A stretch of 60,352 bases of DNA, counting the filler, from Sphacelaria rigidula (lineage: Eukaryota), in the NCBI GenBank assembly GCA_964200075.2. It is 9 parts of 9 records of this genome, joined end to end, with 100 filler letters (N's around TTAATTAATTAA, not from the genome) between each part and the next. Parts side by side here need not be neighbours in the genome. Positions count along the whole stretch, not along the records: positions 20,153 to 26,769 come from CAXNAA020019032.1; positions 26,870 to 33,486 come from CAXNAA020019033.1; positions 33,587 to 40,203 come from CAXNAA020019034.1; 6 more parts are not named here. The stretch is one strand, 5' to 3'. This document shows, one piece after another, positions 25,033-36,900 of this stretch (within the stretch, counting starts at the first letter, position 1; each line of letters opens with the position of its first letter). The translations under genes were made by a program, and so were the position numbers. Below the pieces are notes generated by a model. That model was not told where the DNA came from, made no database searches, and saw nothing but the letters and a program-made list of their open reading frames with translations.

Positions 25033-25492
25033 GCCGCTTCTCATAGACTAAATTTTTCTTGTCTTGAGAACTGCTCTTTAGTACCTTTCATCACGGATTA
25101 TTGGCGGATTTGGCCTAGGAAAGATTTTCTACATGTTCCACGGGGATTCTGCCGCACTTTTCCGATTGTTTGTACGCGCAGTTTTACTTTTGACCGGATC
25201 CTGACTTTTTTCAGTCGCTGCGAAAATCGTCCAGTTGTCGGGAAAAATACGTACTTTTCCCGATAACTCGGAGTTTGTTGGGTGGACTGGAAAAAATCAG
25301 GATTCGGTCGAAGTAAAACTGGGCGTACAAACAGTCGGAAAAGTGCGCGATTATAGAATCCTCGTGAAAGATACAGCAAATCTTTCGGAAGATGCCAAAT
25401 TCGCCAAGGCCCATATTCCGCCAATAATCCGTGATGAAAGTTTCAAAAGGGCAGTTCTCAGACAGATTTTGTTTCAGTCTACAACAAGCGGC
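25033..25492. repeat. imperfect 460-bp foldback element
   Basis: Inverted arms (e.g. CTTTCATCACGGATTATTGGCGGA / TCCGCCAATAATCCGTGATGAAAG) centred on GGGAAAAATACGTACTTTTCCC near 25250. Confidence 0.85.
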
Positions 25493-25629
25493 CTTACCGC
25501 GGAAAATCGCTGTCGATAATGCCCCCTCTTTCGCGTCAGATTCGAACACCAAGCAGTACAGCTGGTGTCCGAGCGCCCCGGTTGAGGTGTTGGGCTACAT
25601 TTTATCCATAAATTACCACATTTTATAAC

Positions 25630-25800
25630 CATTATTAACCCTAACCCTATCTCAGGATATACAGAGATCCCTCGGGAAAGGGAGATACATCGGATTCCCT
25701 GGGCCAAGGGCGGCATTGGTACACCTCAGATCTGGCGCCGATTTCGACCAAAGCGCGTTCTGCACACGTCAGGAGCACACGGGACTGTCAAGTCCTATCA
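25630..25800 (+). repeat. dispersed repeat beginning with telomere-like CCCTAA units
   Basis: Shares AACCCTAACCC, CCCTGGGC.AAG and GGCGCCG blocks with 38670-38830 and 50870-51060. Confidence 0.55.
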
Positions 25801-26698
25801 AGAACTCGATCATGGTTGCTTAGACTCAAATCAACGAACATCAACTACGAGAAGATTGTAGCCCAACTCCGATTAACTCCACTGAGCGGTGTTTCATAGA
25901 TTCTATTCAAAAGGAAGTCGCCATTTCACGATACAGTGCGGAATAGTAACGGCCATGATCCATGAATTTGCGGCAGGAGCTGTGCGTGTGTTGTCATCAT
26001 CTTTTCTGGACGCCAGTCTACACCTTTCGGTATATGTGGGCGCATCAGCCGGGGCCACACAGGAGGAAGGTCAACACAGGAGCCTTTTCTTTTTATTTTA
26101 GCACTCCACCTTTCTTTTGCGGTGCTTGCCTTGTTTTTTCTTCATGGCGGGGAAGGGTTTAGCGTTCCCGTTCCCCCGTAGACGGTTAAGTCCACTCTAG
26201 TGTACCTACGAGATCGTCGCTTTCTACTGTTGGGCAGGCATTGTGCGAGAAAAAATCCCAGACGGTGTGACTGCCCCGAGCTCCGAACCCACGACCTAAC
26301 CGTCCGAAGGTTTCGAGGTTACCAACTGAGCCACCGGCTGCACTCACGGTAAATGGCAGGCACGAATTCACGATAAAGCGTAGAAAAAATTGGCAAAAAT
26401 TGTGCGGCACAAGTGGATTCACAGTTGAGTGTGGTAGATAGATAACGGTACAGGGTAGGGTATATGGGGGAGGGGGAACGTAGCCATCCTGGGTACCTTG
26501 GAATGCACGCTACTTCAAAATACCCTGGAAATTCAGGATATCCCGGGGTGCGTACCCTACCGTAACAGGGTATAACCTCCCCCACCCTTCGTGGACGCTT
26601 CGCGTTACACCCACGGATAGGAAGAAGTCTAGACCACTTTTCCGATTCGCGTGGCTCGGAGTTTTCGAGAATGGCTTCTGATAAAAAAATCTAACTGG

Positions 26699-26769
26699 GA
26701 GTGATGCTACGGTAGGGGTGCAGAAATATTTCCTGAGGTTAGGATTGTTAGGAGCCCTTTTTCTCATGC
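26699..26769 (+). mobile_element. left end of a Sola-like MITE (cut by the scaffold end)
   Basis: GAGTGATGCTACGGTAGGGGTGCAGAAATATTTCCTGAGG matches the left end of 32971-33226. Confidence 0.8.
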
Positions 26770-26869
26770 NNNNNNNNNNNNNNNNNNNNNNNNNNNNNNN
26801 NNNNNNNNNNNNNTTAATTAATTAANNNNNNNNNNNNNNNNNNNNNNNNNNNNNNNNNNNNNNNNNNNN
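26770..26869. other. artificial scaffold linker
   Basis: N44-TTAATTAATTAA-N44. Confidence 0.98.
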
Positions 26870-28915
26870 TGGTGTGCCTGTGCACTCGACTGTTTATTTT
26901 CACATGAACGATCGCTGAAGATTGGTGCACAACTAGGGGCATGACATCTACTCTCACCACTATCCCGACCGTTAGAGTTGAGTGTCGTGCCAGATTTCAA
27001 CTCCAAGGCCCTACTAGCACCTGCCTGCAATAATGGCCTGCAGACTGGTTGACACCTCGATCCATACAGAGGTGTGGACCGCTGCTAAAAACCAAGACCA
27101 AGCTTTTGTCTTCTTGTACTTACTTGTATAAAAAGAGCTTTCATCACAAGGAAGAAATGCAGCAGCGCACACCTACAAAGAACAATACAAGAGTCGGTAG
27201 AGAGGCGCCAACGCCCAAACGACACACATGAATCGTCTGGACAAGGTCTTCCTGATCTACTGACGTCAACAAGGCTCCGAAACACCTATTTCGTTTGGAT
27301 CTATTTTTTTTGCCTGACGAGAGGGGGGGGGGGTGAGTGTGGGTCCAGGAATATTTTTGTGCCCTCCTGGGGCGGTCGATATTTTTATTATTACGCTCGA
27401 AACACTGACAAAAACCGAAAAGTGTGGTGGGCCCTGTGGGGTTGTATATCTGCTTCTGCACCTTCCCCGCTCTGTGCCGATGACCTCAGATGCCGGAGGG
27501 CATTTTTTTCACTTTGTATGATTGCTAGAACCTTTTTCGTGATTTTTCCTGGAGAAATCGATCAACAAACCCTGCCAAAATTCGCAAAGTCTGGGGGGTT
27601 TTGCGGGGTTCACATGTTTCCTGCTAATTATCGCCCGCTCTCTTTCGATGGCCTCATACCCCATGCCAATGACGTTTGTTCACCGCACCTCACCACATCC
27701 GCCAACGCTTCGGCGCTCAGGGAGGGGACGGGCGGCTGGGTGTTCCTGCCCCCTCCCCCCTTATCCACCCCCATCAGGAACTGAAATTTCGATGTTGGGG
27801 CCCACATGTGTATTTTTCTTTCTTAACGCTGCCCCTTGGGCCTCATGAAAAATATCACGCGTCCGTTTGCGTTATGTTTGGTGGGTTACCGGAATATTGC
27901 TGTCAAGGGAGGAGTGAATATTACTACCCGTTCCTGAAAACAAGAAATATCACATCAGATGACGTTTTCTGGTTGGTGCTGTATTCATTCTCCACACCGA
28001 ATTCGAAATTTCAAGACTCCGCTTAAACGTTAGACGGGGGCCACTGTGAAACAGTGACGGTCGACATCACGAAACGAGAGTGACTACACACCTTGCTGCC
28101 GAAGGGTTTGTGGTGTTTTCATTTGTGGAGTGGGATCTTGCCAGGGAATGACGACAAGAAATTAATGGTGACACTGATAGATTTCTGTCACTCAATTTGG
28201 CACTGGTTTGCCAACATTTTGTACATTTAATACCATACTGTCACGAGGTCACGTGAACGTATTCGGCACAACCGAAAAAAGAAGGCGCACTTTTTTTCGA
28301 CGTGCCTTTGCCATTCTCCATGCTACATCGCGACTCACGGCGGGAAGAATGGACCTCCCCCCTATGATGACGTTCAACAACGCGTATTACTGTCGCAGAC
28401 TCCAGGACCTGAAGCTTAAAAAACAAATAAAGAAATGAAGGCGCACTTTTCGTGTTTTCAATATGCCTTTGCGGTTCTCCATCCTAAATTCCAAGACACA
28501 GTTATAACAATTGACCTGGTGCAATGATAACAGGCAGCACAACTCACCACTCCTTCTCCAAACTCCCCTTTGAAACGAGAAAAAAATGGAAACAAAAAAT
28601 TGATGGCGTTCCGTCATACTCGCACGTGCATATGAAGTAAACATGGGTTAAATAGACACGCAAAAATCGTGTGCGACCTCCCAATTCTGGCATGTTTGTA
28701 CTGTCGGTCGCACGGTACTCGCAGTCCAAATTGTTTCGCGATCACTTTGCCTCCGCTCTGTGGTTCGTCGGAATGACCTTCAGGCTGGCGACAACCAAAG
28801 CCCGAACGACTCAGGCGATTTTCTGTGGATACGACCTCGGACGGTGCCATACAGCACGATCGACGCAAGGGGCTCGTGATTCCGCGGATCCGGGTGCAAA
28901 TGCATTCAAACTCAC

Positions 28916-31826
28916 CGGCAGGATACAGTGCATCCACTCGGTCATGCACAGCTTCGTACCGTTGCCTGATGTACTTGATCGCTGTGGGGTCGACTCTCTT
29001 CAGTTCGAACGGCGGGGCTTGTTCGACAAGGGGAAGGCCACCTCGGAAGAGAACCCGAGGCTCACCCTCGTACACTCCCGCGGCGGTCTTGCCGGTGAAT
29101 GTCGGTGCGTGCATGGTCTCCTTCATGCCCACTGTCACCTGATTATCCCCAGCGGGCCTCAACTCGAACGCACGCGGGTGACTGATGCCTGTGATGGTGA
29201 TAACCCGGCCGCCACCGAGACAGGCGTCCTTGAAATTTCCCAGCCCGCGAAGCGTGGTGGTGTGAACTGGCAACTCCTTGTAGGCATCTCTGAAGGCGTC
29301 AGCTTGCTGTCGCCGCGTGAACAGATCGACCCCCTTGCAGTAGACAGACAGCCTGAATGCGCGGTATGTACGTGGATATGCATCATCCGACGCAAGAAGC
29401 GGGGCCGCCGATGGGTGGGAGGGCCAGTCATTCGCGGACGGTCAAACGCCGCAATAGCGCTGGGATTTCGGCGTCAGTCACGGCATCCATTCGCGAAGTT
29501 CCGGACGGCACCTGTTTTTGTTTCCTTCGGGCGGTGGACCGACGAATACTATGTAAATATTTTGTTTTGGACGCGTGGACCCCCAGAATGTCAGACCGAA
29601 AGGCCTCTCCGGGGGTCTGTTTTTGCTGTATCGCTGGAGGGGGGGGGTAGTCATGGTCATGCATGTCATACTCAAAAGACGATGGACCTCGCATTCCCAT
29701 AAAGCCGGGACGGAGCACGCCGGGTTTTCGCCGGACCAGGCTCGTTGAGGGGGGAGGTGTGGGGGGGAAGGGAGGGGGAATACGGCGAAGCACTGGATCA
29801 CTTCTGTTTTATCTCGTGTGTCCCAAGATACGCTGCTCGGTACACGTTTGTGGTTCTCTATACTAGGTTGCAAATGACATTTCTGAAAATTGAGCTGAAA
29901 ATTGAGATAACGCACAAGAGCAATTTTCATTAATCCTCAAAACTACACGACGAACACAATAAAATGAAGACAAGATGAAAAACAAAAGGATGAAAAAGGC
30001 GACTACTCTGGTCCGAGATCCAGGTGTGTAGCCTACAACGACTTGCTTCGTTTTCCGGTATCGCCACTCTGAGAGACAGCCACGACTGGAACTTTCATCC
30101 CCCTCGTGCGGACTTGAGATCTGCCCGCACCGCACATGATCTACCTCAACTACCGTTATGATTACGTCAACAACAGAATGCAAACTTGCCAAAACAAACG
30201 GTAACGTGGCGGCCGAGCGTACGCAGGGAGTGGCAAGTTCTACGGCATCATGGCCGACTGTCTCAAAGCCCATGAGGGGCACGGGGGAAGAGAGGGAGGC
30301 TGGGGGGGGGGGTCCTAATATGATGTTCACGCTTTCTACCAGGAGACAGGGCATACACTGCTGCTTTTGCGTGATAAACGTCCGCATGGGTTAGGCGGCG
30401 GCGGGTCGTTTGTTTCAAGGGGGCAAACCGCGGGGATTAATGTACCAACCCTGGTGGACGTGGACGTCCCGAGCGTTTGATCCCCGAAAAACCCTCCCGT
30501 GCAAACCTCCCGGATTCATGTCCATCGCGGGGATACAGGAGGCAAGCATACACTCAACAGGCTCGACACCAGCCCAACCGCGTGTTTCTCAAAGAATCGC
30601 GTGACAGTCGACAGCACCGCCAACATCGGCTTCACATGACGTACTTGCCTCGAGAACACCTGATCGATGAGGATGTGCGTGTGCCCCACCATCATAAAGT
30701 TGATCTCCACTCGACCCACTACGCCGCGCCCGACGAGCGAGCCCATGTACCCCAAGAGAATGTGATTCTTGTTCTCTCCAACGCAATTGTCGACTTGGAT
30801 GTACAGTTCGGAGATGTATGGGTCCTTTTCCTCTACGTGGCGCGTCTCGAACAGGCGAGGCAGTGCCCGATGAATGGCCGCACAGGTGAGGTTGCTACCT
30901 GCGTGCGCAAAACAACAAGAGCATTCAAGCATTACGAACGGCGAGGATATACGGGGATTCTCTTACAAGGATGTGATGTCATGGTCGCGGGGTTATGCTT
31001 CAACCATCTTCCTACCTGTAAGTCACGCGTCGTCCTTTCATATGATGACCTTCTTTTTTTGGTACCTTGGGGCGGGTAGTACAGCACGCTGTCACGGCGT
31101 CAGGGAATCGCTCATATACAGGGAACCAACTCATCTCACCTCCGCCCATAGTTTGTGGCGTAAGGAAGATCTCGACGAACTGCCCTTCAATCAGAACGGC
31201 CATCACCTTCCGGCGTTCGGAGAAGCCCCTGCGCAATGAGGTGACGAATAACGCAACGGTGGTCGTCAACCCCAAGGTTGATCACAGTTGGGGGAGGTGG
31301 CATGAGGTAGTTGGGGACACATCAGCACGGGAGGACATTATGTCCACCTGGAGAATCTCCGGCATGAGCCGTCGCGTTTAAGCCAATAGATGGCGCGACA
31401 GTGATCAACTGTGCACCCCATCCCCCGTCTGCCCCCCGACCCCATGCCCAACGCCATTATCATCTTGCATGCACGTCATGTACAGGGTTAGTGTTCACAT
31501 TACATTAATGCCCATCCCGGGCCCTACAAAGAAATGAAAATGCGCGGTGCAGCCCGCGTGAAAGCTATTGATCCGAATGCGGTGGGCTGCGACGAAGCCC
31601 TCGTAATCGCGAGACCCGAAGCAAGGCGATAGCGAGGCCTCTTGAATAGAAATTACTCTCACTTATCCGTTCCGTGCGTCACTGTCGAGCACATGGGTAG
31701 CGCGAACGCCGTTTGATTGGCCGCATCTGCTTGGAGCGACACGCAGTTCAGCGGGGTCAGCTCCGCCTTCGCCCGACGTGCCGCGCCAGCGATGTTGGCG
31801 AGATATTGTCGATCCCGATCGACTCT
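28916..31826 (-). CDS. intron-containing Sola2/DUF7869-type DDD transposase (or domesticated derivative), catalytic core
   Basis: Exons 31826-31663, 31228-31140, 30898-30649, 29352-28916 splice in phase to about 313 stop-free codons: ...CVSLQADAANQTAFALP...KVMAVLIEG...GGSNLTCAAIHRAL...LYIQVDNCVGENKNHILLGYMGSLVGRG...INFMMVGHTHILIDQVFSRLSVYCKGVDLFT.... These match the recalled family motifs IIDGMDQ, SNLT, LYxQxDNxxxENKN and FLxVGHTHEDIDQxFS. N-terminal and last exons not resolved. Confidence 0.85.
29636..29745 (-). mobile_element. 5'-truncated SINE-like copy in a transposase intron (sense orientation)
   Basis: Reverse complement CGAGCCTGGTCCGGCGAAAACCCGGCGTGCTCCGTCCCGGC...CATGACCATGACTA-C9; C-rich sequence on both flanks. 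Confidence 0.85.
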
Positions 31827-31914
31827 CTGAGAAGCGTTGGGGGGGATAAAGCGGGAGAGGATCGAGACGAGGTGAACGCGGCCATGTGTAGAAGGGGGTG
31901 CGGCGGCAGCGGGG

Positions 31915-33478
31915 CTTGAATACTCGACTCAGAATTTGAGTACAACAAGTGCGACCTCAAATTCTCCACGTAATTTCGAGTGGTCACTCTCAGTATTACC
32001 TGAGTATACAGTATCACTTCAGTATGACCTCGGTACTCGAAATATGAGTAGAACGAGTACGACCTCAAATACTCTACTCAAATCTTCAGTGAGCACTCAG
32101 TAATACTCAAGTGTCGAGTATCACTCGAGTATAACCTCAGTACTCTACCCAAACTTGGAGTGCGTCGAGTACGGCCTCAAATACTATAATCGAAAACGCC
32201 ATACTTTACGCACCCCAAATTAGAGTAAAGTAATGAGGCCATACTCCAGTGACGCTCTGTACTCACGTATTACTGAGAGTGCTTAAATATTCATCCTACG
32301 ATAGGGGGGGGTGTATTTTGGGCCACTTCTTGCACGAAATTCCAATATAAATCGCCGCTGAAATCAGCAACGGTTGCTCGAACGAGCTTGTTATATTAAC
32401 GCTCACCCATACGGATTGACACCGTTTTAAACCAAATACAAGCGCATCGCGAGTGTTGCAGGTCCTCTCACACGCTTATCGTCCTCTTTTTTCGTGCAAC
32501 CAAATACTCCCTCCCTATGGCAGGATGACTCACAACGAGTAGGACCTTAACTATACTCAAATTTTGGAGTAACCCGTCTCAGTAAGACTCGCGTGCAGAG
32601 TATCACTCGGGTATGACCTTAACACCCGACTCGAAATCGGAGTGCGTCAAGTGCGGCCTCAAATCTTATCCCCAAACGACGTACTTGACGCACCCCAAAT
32701 CCGGGTAGAGTGTTGAGGTCATACACGAGTGATACTCTATACTCGAGTACCACTGAGAATTCGACTTTTTGATATCGTACTTGATGTACTCTATATCTTC
32801 GTCAGGGAGTATTTGAGCCTGTACTCCACCCACTCAACATTTCAGTAGAGTGTTTAAGACCGTACACGACGCACTTTAAGTATGGGTACAGTATTGAGGT
32901 CATACTCGAAGTGATACTCTACACGCAAGTATTACTGACAGTGCTTACTCAAAATTTGAGTAGAACGAGTGAGGGATGCTACGGTAGGGGTACACAAATA
33001 TATTCTGAGGATAGATTTGTTAGACCCCCTTTATCTCATCCAAAACACGACTTATGACAATATGCGAGACACGCCAGGATGGCTATTCCACTGTGCTGGG
33101 GATATCCCGACTTCATCTGCACACGGGGATGCCCTGATCCATATTGTTGCCCGTCTGGAATCGTGAGGAGCCTCTGAACCAGACAAAATTTCGCGAAAAA
33201 CGTGCGCCCCCACCGTAGCATTGCTCGAGTACGACCTCAAATCCCCGCTTAAATATTGAGTCAGCATTGTCATTAATACTTGAAGGTTAGAGTATGACTT
33301 GAGTATGACCTCAACTTTGCACTCATATTTGGTGGGCGTCGAGTACGGTCTCGAACACTCTGCTGAACTTTTGGTGTAGGTAGAGTACAGTCTTCAATAC
33401 TCTACTCAAACTTCGACAACCAAACGTATGACTCTTCGACCACTGAGTATTGAGTGCACTCGACTCGACCTACCCTTG
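31915..33478. mobile_element. long repeat-filled non-autonomous DNA element with GAGTA/TACTC hairpin modules; right TIR shared with the MITE at 47666-47870
   Basis: Repeated GAGTATCACTCGAGTATGACCTCAA-type units in both orientations (hairpin modules near 32095-32280 and 32577-32757). Ends ...CTCGACCTACCCTTG at 33478. Left TIR not found. Confidence 0.7.
32971..33226. mobile_element. 256-bp Sola-like MITE, GAG...CTC termini, 4-bp TSD GAGT
   Basis: TIR GAGGGATGCTACGGTAGGGG / CCCCCACCGTAGCATTGCTC; GAGT at 32967-32970 and 33227-33230. The empty site GAGTAGAACGAGTACGACCTCAAAT is visible at 32046-32070. Confidence 0.85.
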
Positions 33479-33486
33479 AAAGAGAT

Positions 33487-33586
33487 NNNNNNNNNNNNNN
33501 NNNNNNNNNNNNNNNNNNNNNNNNNNNNNNTTAATTAATTAANNNNNNNNNNNNNNNNNNNNNNNNNNNNNNNNNNNNNNNNNNNN
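33487..33586. other. artificial scaffold linker
   Basis: N44-TTAATTAATTAA-N44. Confidence 0.98.
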
Positions 33587-33594
33587 GGTAATAG

Positions 33595-33745
33595 AGTCCG
33601 AGCCTGGTCCGGCGAAAACCCAGCGTGCTCCGTCCCGGCTTTGTACAGATGGGAGGCCAATAGTCTGATGACTACGGCATGCATGATCATGAGTGCACCC
33701 CCCGCCTCCCCCCCACGCACGCCCTCCTCCTCTCCTCCCTTCCCC
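33595..33745 (+). mobile_element. SINE-like 3' part whose C-rich tail is the polypyrimidine tract of the NDUFA5 last intron
   Basis: CGAGCCTGGTCCGGCGAAAACCCAGCGTGCTCCGTCCCGG...GCATGATCATGAGTGCACCCCCC, running into a C-rich tract that ends about 15 nt before the AG at 33759-33760. Confidence 0.85.
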
Positions 33746-33760
33746 GCAACGACCGTTCAG

Positions 33761-33979
33761 GAGGAAGTAATCGAGAAAACGATAGCGCTGGGACAGCTGG
33801 AGGAGATGATAGAGCAGGGCAAGCTTGAGCTCAAGCTGATCGACAAATATCACGAGGCCAGGATGTGGGAGGTGGTTGACGAGATGAACGAAGGCAGGAC
33901 AGACCTCGAGGAGCTGGACGACTACATGGACCCCATTAACCCCGTTGAATCGGGCGAGAGCGAGAAGGCATCTTCGTGA
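33761..33979 (+). CDS. NDUFA5: NADH:ubiquinone oxidoreductase subunit A5 (B13), last exon
   Basis: After TTCAG: EEVIEKTIALGQLEEMIEQGKLELKLIDKYHEARMWEVVDEMNEGRTDLEELDDYMDPINPVESGESEKASS*; fits the NDUFA5 signature IE-I-GQ-EE-I-Q---EL-L---M---K-WE. Confidence 0.85.
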   Translation, partial: EEVIEKTIALGQLEEMIEQGKLELKLIDKYHEARMWEVVDEMNEGRTDLEELDDYMDPINPVESGESEKASS

Positions 33980-36900
33980 TACTCGGAGTAAACCAAACGT
34001 ACCAACTGGGGTGTTCTCTTGTACTCAATGGACGCTTCACTTAGAAGTTATTCTCCTCTTTATAGAGCGTCATTGTCCAACTCCGTGTCCTTCTTTTTAT
34101 CGATGGCGAAAGCGAAGACAGGGGCGACCATGAGAACTCATATCCTTGTTGTCCAAGTAAAATGCCAGAAATACAAACGCAGCAGGACGGGGTGGAGTCG
34201 AGGGGGGGGGGGGAGTACACTCGTAGTCTTTTTCCATTTGCTCGATTGCAGGGTATGATGCAGGAGCTCCTCCGCGAGAATCACGCTGTGTTTTCTTCAT
34301 GGTGATTCCTCTCCCTTGTTCCGGCTCGATCGACAGACGCGTCTAAACGGTGACCATTATGTGGGAAATGTTTCAGTCGACAGGCGCGAAGTCTTGGAAA
34401 TGTTGTTGTGCCGGAAGATATTTTTTTTTCTGCCACGTCGCCAGTGTTGCAGCCAATCGATTCGAAGTGAGAGAGTAGAAGTGGTCTTGGAGTGGAGGAT
34501 GGATGATGGGCAGGAGTAACGAAGCAGAAGAGTCGAGTTGAATCCTTCGCACAGTTCTGTAAGGGGGAATGGATGATCATTTCCAAGCGCGAAACGAACT
34601 GATATTTTTGTTGTTCCATATGCTGGTCTCATTGTATGATGCGTCAGGTCAAAACATGATGATCGCGTAGTTTTGCAAGCGATGTACGACGCGATCTTGA
34701 GGCTGCATCCGTGTCGTTTTTTTGGACGCGAGGTTCAGTCCGCAAGCTTACTGCTTCGCGGCACCTTGACAAGTCGGAAGGCGTCAAGGCAATCGTTGCA
34801 AGGTGTTGTGTCCACATGAGTGCGGACGATGTGAAATCACGACTTCGAGTCTCGTTTTTCGGGTGGAGGCTGACCATGACTTACAAAGCACGTGATTTTG
34901 GGATACGTTGGGGTGGGTCTAAACCATGGGCAAAGGAACACAGTTCGTCACAACTGCCCCGCGTGCTGTACGAGCGAGCTGATTGATTTCGAGACGGACA
35001 GCGCCGTCATCATGCTCTTGCTACAGATAGACAAAAATAGTAGTGGTGATGGCGTTTCCAGCGTTCGTTGCCTTAAGCCTGTAGTATTTCCATGGTAATC
35101 TCGCCTGCAAAATATCAGACAAAGTGTTTTCGCTGTCAACAAAATGGTTTCGAAAGTCACTGCTTTTTCAAAAGTTCGTCAAAAAAAAAAATGACCCTGT
35201 GGCCGCCAGGTTAGGTCACTTGGGTCAAATATCGACTTTTCAAGTGAAGATGGCGCCAATTTGACGAGTGACCCAAAGCCTGGCTGTCAAGGGAGCAACT
35301 CAACCGAGTTCGCACCCCCCCCATTCCGAAGGAGCACGAGGCACCCTTTATCCCTGAGTTTTCTCGTGCTTGTAGATTGATACCTGATTCTGATATTCAT
35401 TTTGCTCAGCCAGGTGCCCATCCATCTGTGTTAAATCTGCGAGTGCTCGAAGAAGCCCTCTAAATGGCGGGACGTTGTACGTTGTGTATGCCAAAAACAA
35501 TCGTCTGGTATTTTCCCGCGCACCCATCATAGTCGACTCACCTTTGCCGAGGAAAAGGTGATTTTCATTTGCTTGTTTTTTTGCGTAAGAGACGCGGGCA
35601 TTTGGGGCAGCGTTTGAACCTTGCACCCCCGCCAGTTTTGATGGTCGCTTGATCCCTTTCCATACATGCGGCGCGTACCACATACATTTTCTATGTTGTA
35701 CCGAGAACTCCGCAACATGCATTTAGTATGGTGATCTGAGGGCCAGGGCCGGTTTGTTATGCATACAAGAGGGTGCAGACAAACGTAGTCCTCACCCGCT
35801 CTGTATAATCAGCCTGATAGCAAGCACATGAAGATGATGAAGCGGCAAGCTTGCTCCGAATGTCGCGTGCTGTGCGCGATCGAGTCTACTTCAGGGCGAA
35901 TTAGGAACGGGGCGGATAGCCAAACAGACTATCGTCGGATATGAGATTGAATATTGAAATGAGTTTCAACCCCAAAATAATGCTTTTCCTGACCCAAAGC
36001 TCATGAAAAGGGGCTTTCAGACGGAAGACCTCATGTCCCCCGACCTCCCTGAAACTAGCTCTGGGGGTGGTTTTTTCATGTTCCGTTCCCCCGAAGGTTG
36101 TGTTCGAAAGCGCCATTTCAAGAGAACATTCCTTTTTCACCACGAAATCGAGGCAAAAATATGCTTCCACATTTACATGTACCCTTTGGGCGAACGAACG
36201 GCAGACGGGAAATCCCCCCAAGAGTAGTTTCAGGAAGGTTGAGGGGTATGAGGTCGTCCACATGAAAGTCATTTGGCATGACTTTAGATCCAAGGGAAAA
36301 CACGGTTTGGAAGATGATGAAGCTAATTTTTTCAACCTCATTCTCGAAGATGAATCTCTTGTCACGTTTGATGTTTGCGGGACAAACGGGGCAATTCGGA
36401 GCAACGTAGAAGAACGAGAACATGCTCGACCAGCGGAAGTTGAGCGGACGAAAAAGAGCAGGTGACTCTCGAAAAAACACTTGGTTCCAATATACTTCCT
36501 TCTAATAGAACGTTCGATTTTCGGCTGCCTAGATGCCAGATGCCAAGGCGGAACAAATTCATCACAATTCACCTCACATCTCCAGGCTCGTCGCCACCGC
36601 TCCGCACACCTCGACACAGTTCAACAAGAATATCACCACCAACAGCTACGGCAACAGCAACAGCGTCAACAACCTGAATGCCTACTGCTGCACTGCAGAG
36701 ACTTGGTTTAGTTCTACTGACTTCTACGTGTAACCTTTCCGCATCGCGTGCCGCGTCGAGATCATCTCACTGCTACTCCTGTGTAGGCCCTTCAACTGCC
36801 GCATTTGTCACAACCGCTGCTGGGGTTTTTCGGACAAGATACTCTGTGGTAGCAGCTGCTTTCCATCCTGACGTACCCGGGTCTTGCCCTACCACTGCGT

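Noticed and set aside
28671..31079. Long plus-strand ORFs 28671-29702 (343 aa) and 30477-31079 (200 aa)
   Set aside because: Antisense shadows of the minus-strand transposase exons; no motifs.
35901..36617. 238-aa ORF and an overlapping HVDDL resembling the RT YVDD motif
   Set aside because: No other RT motifs at the right spacing; frames on both strands are broken. Possibly decayed coding DNA but not assignable.
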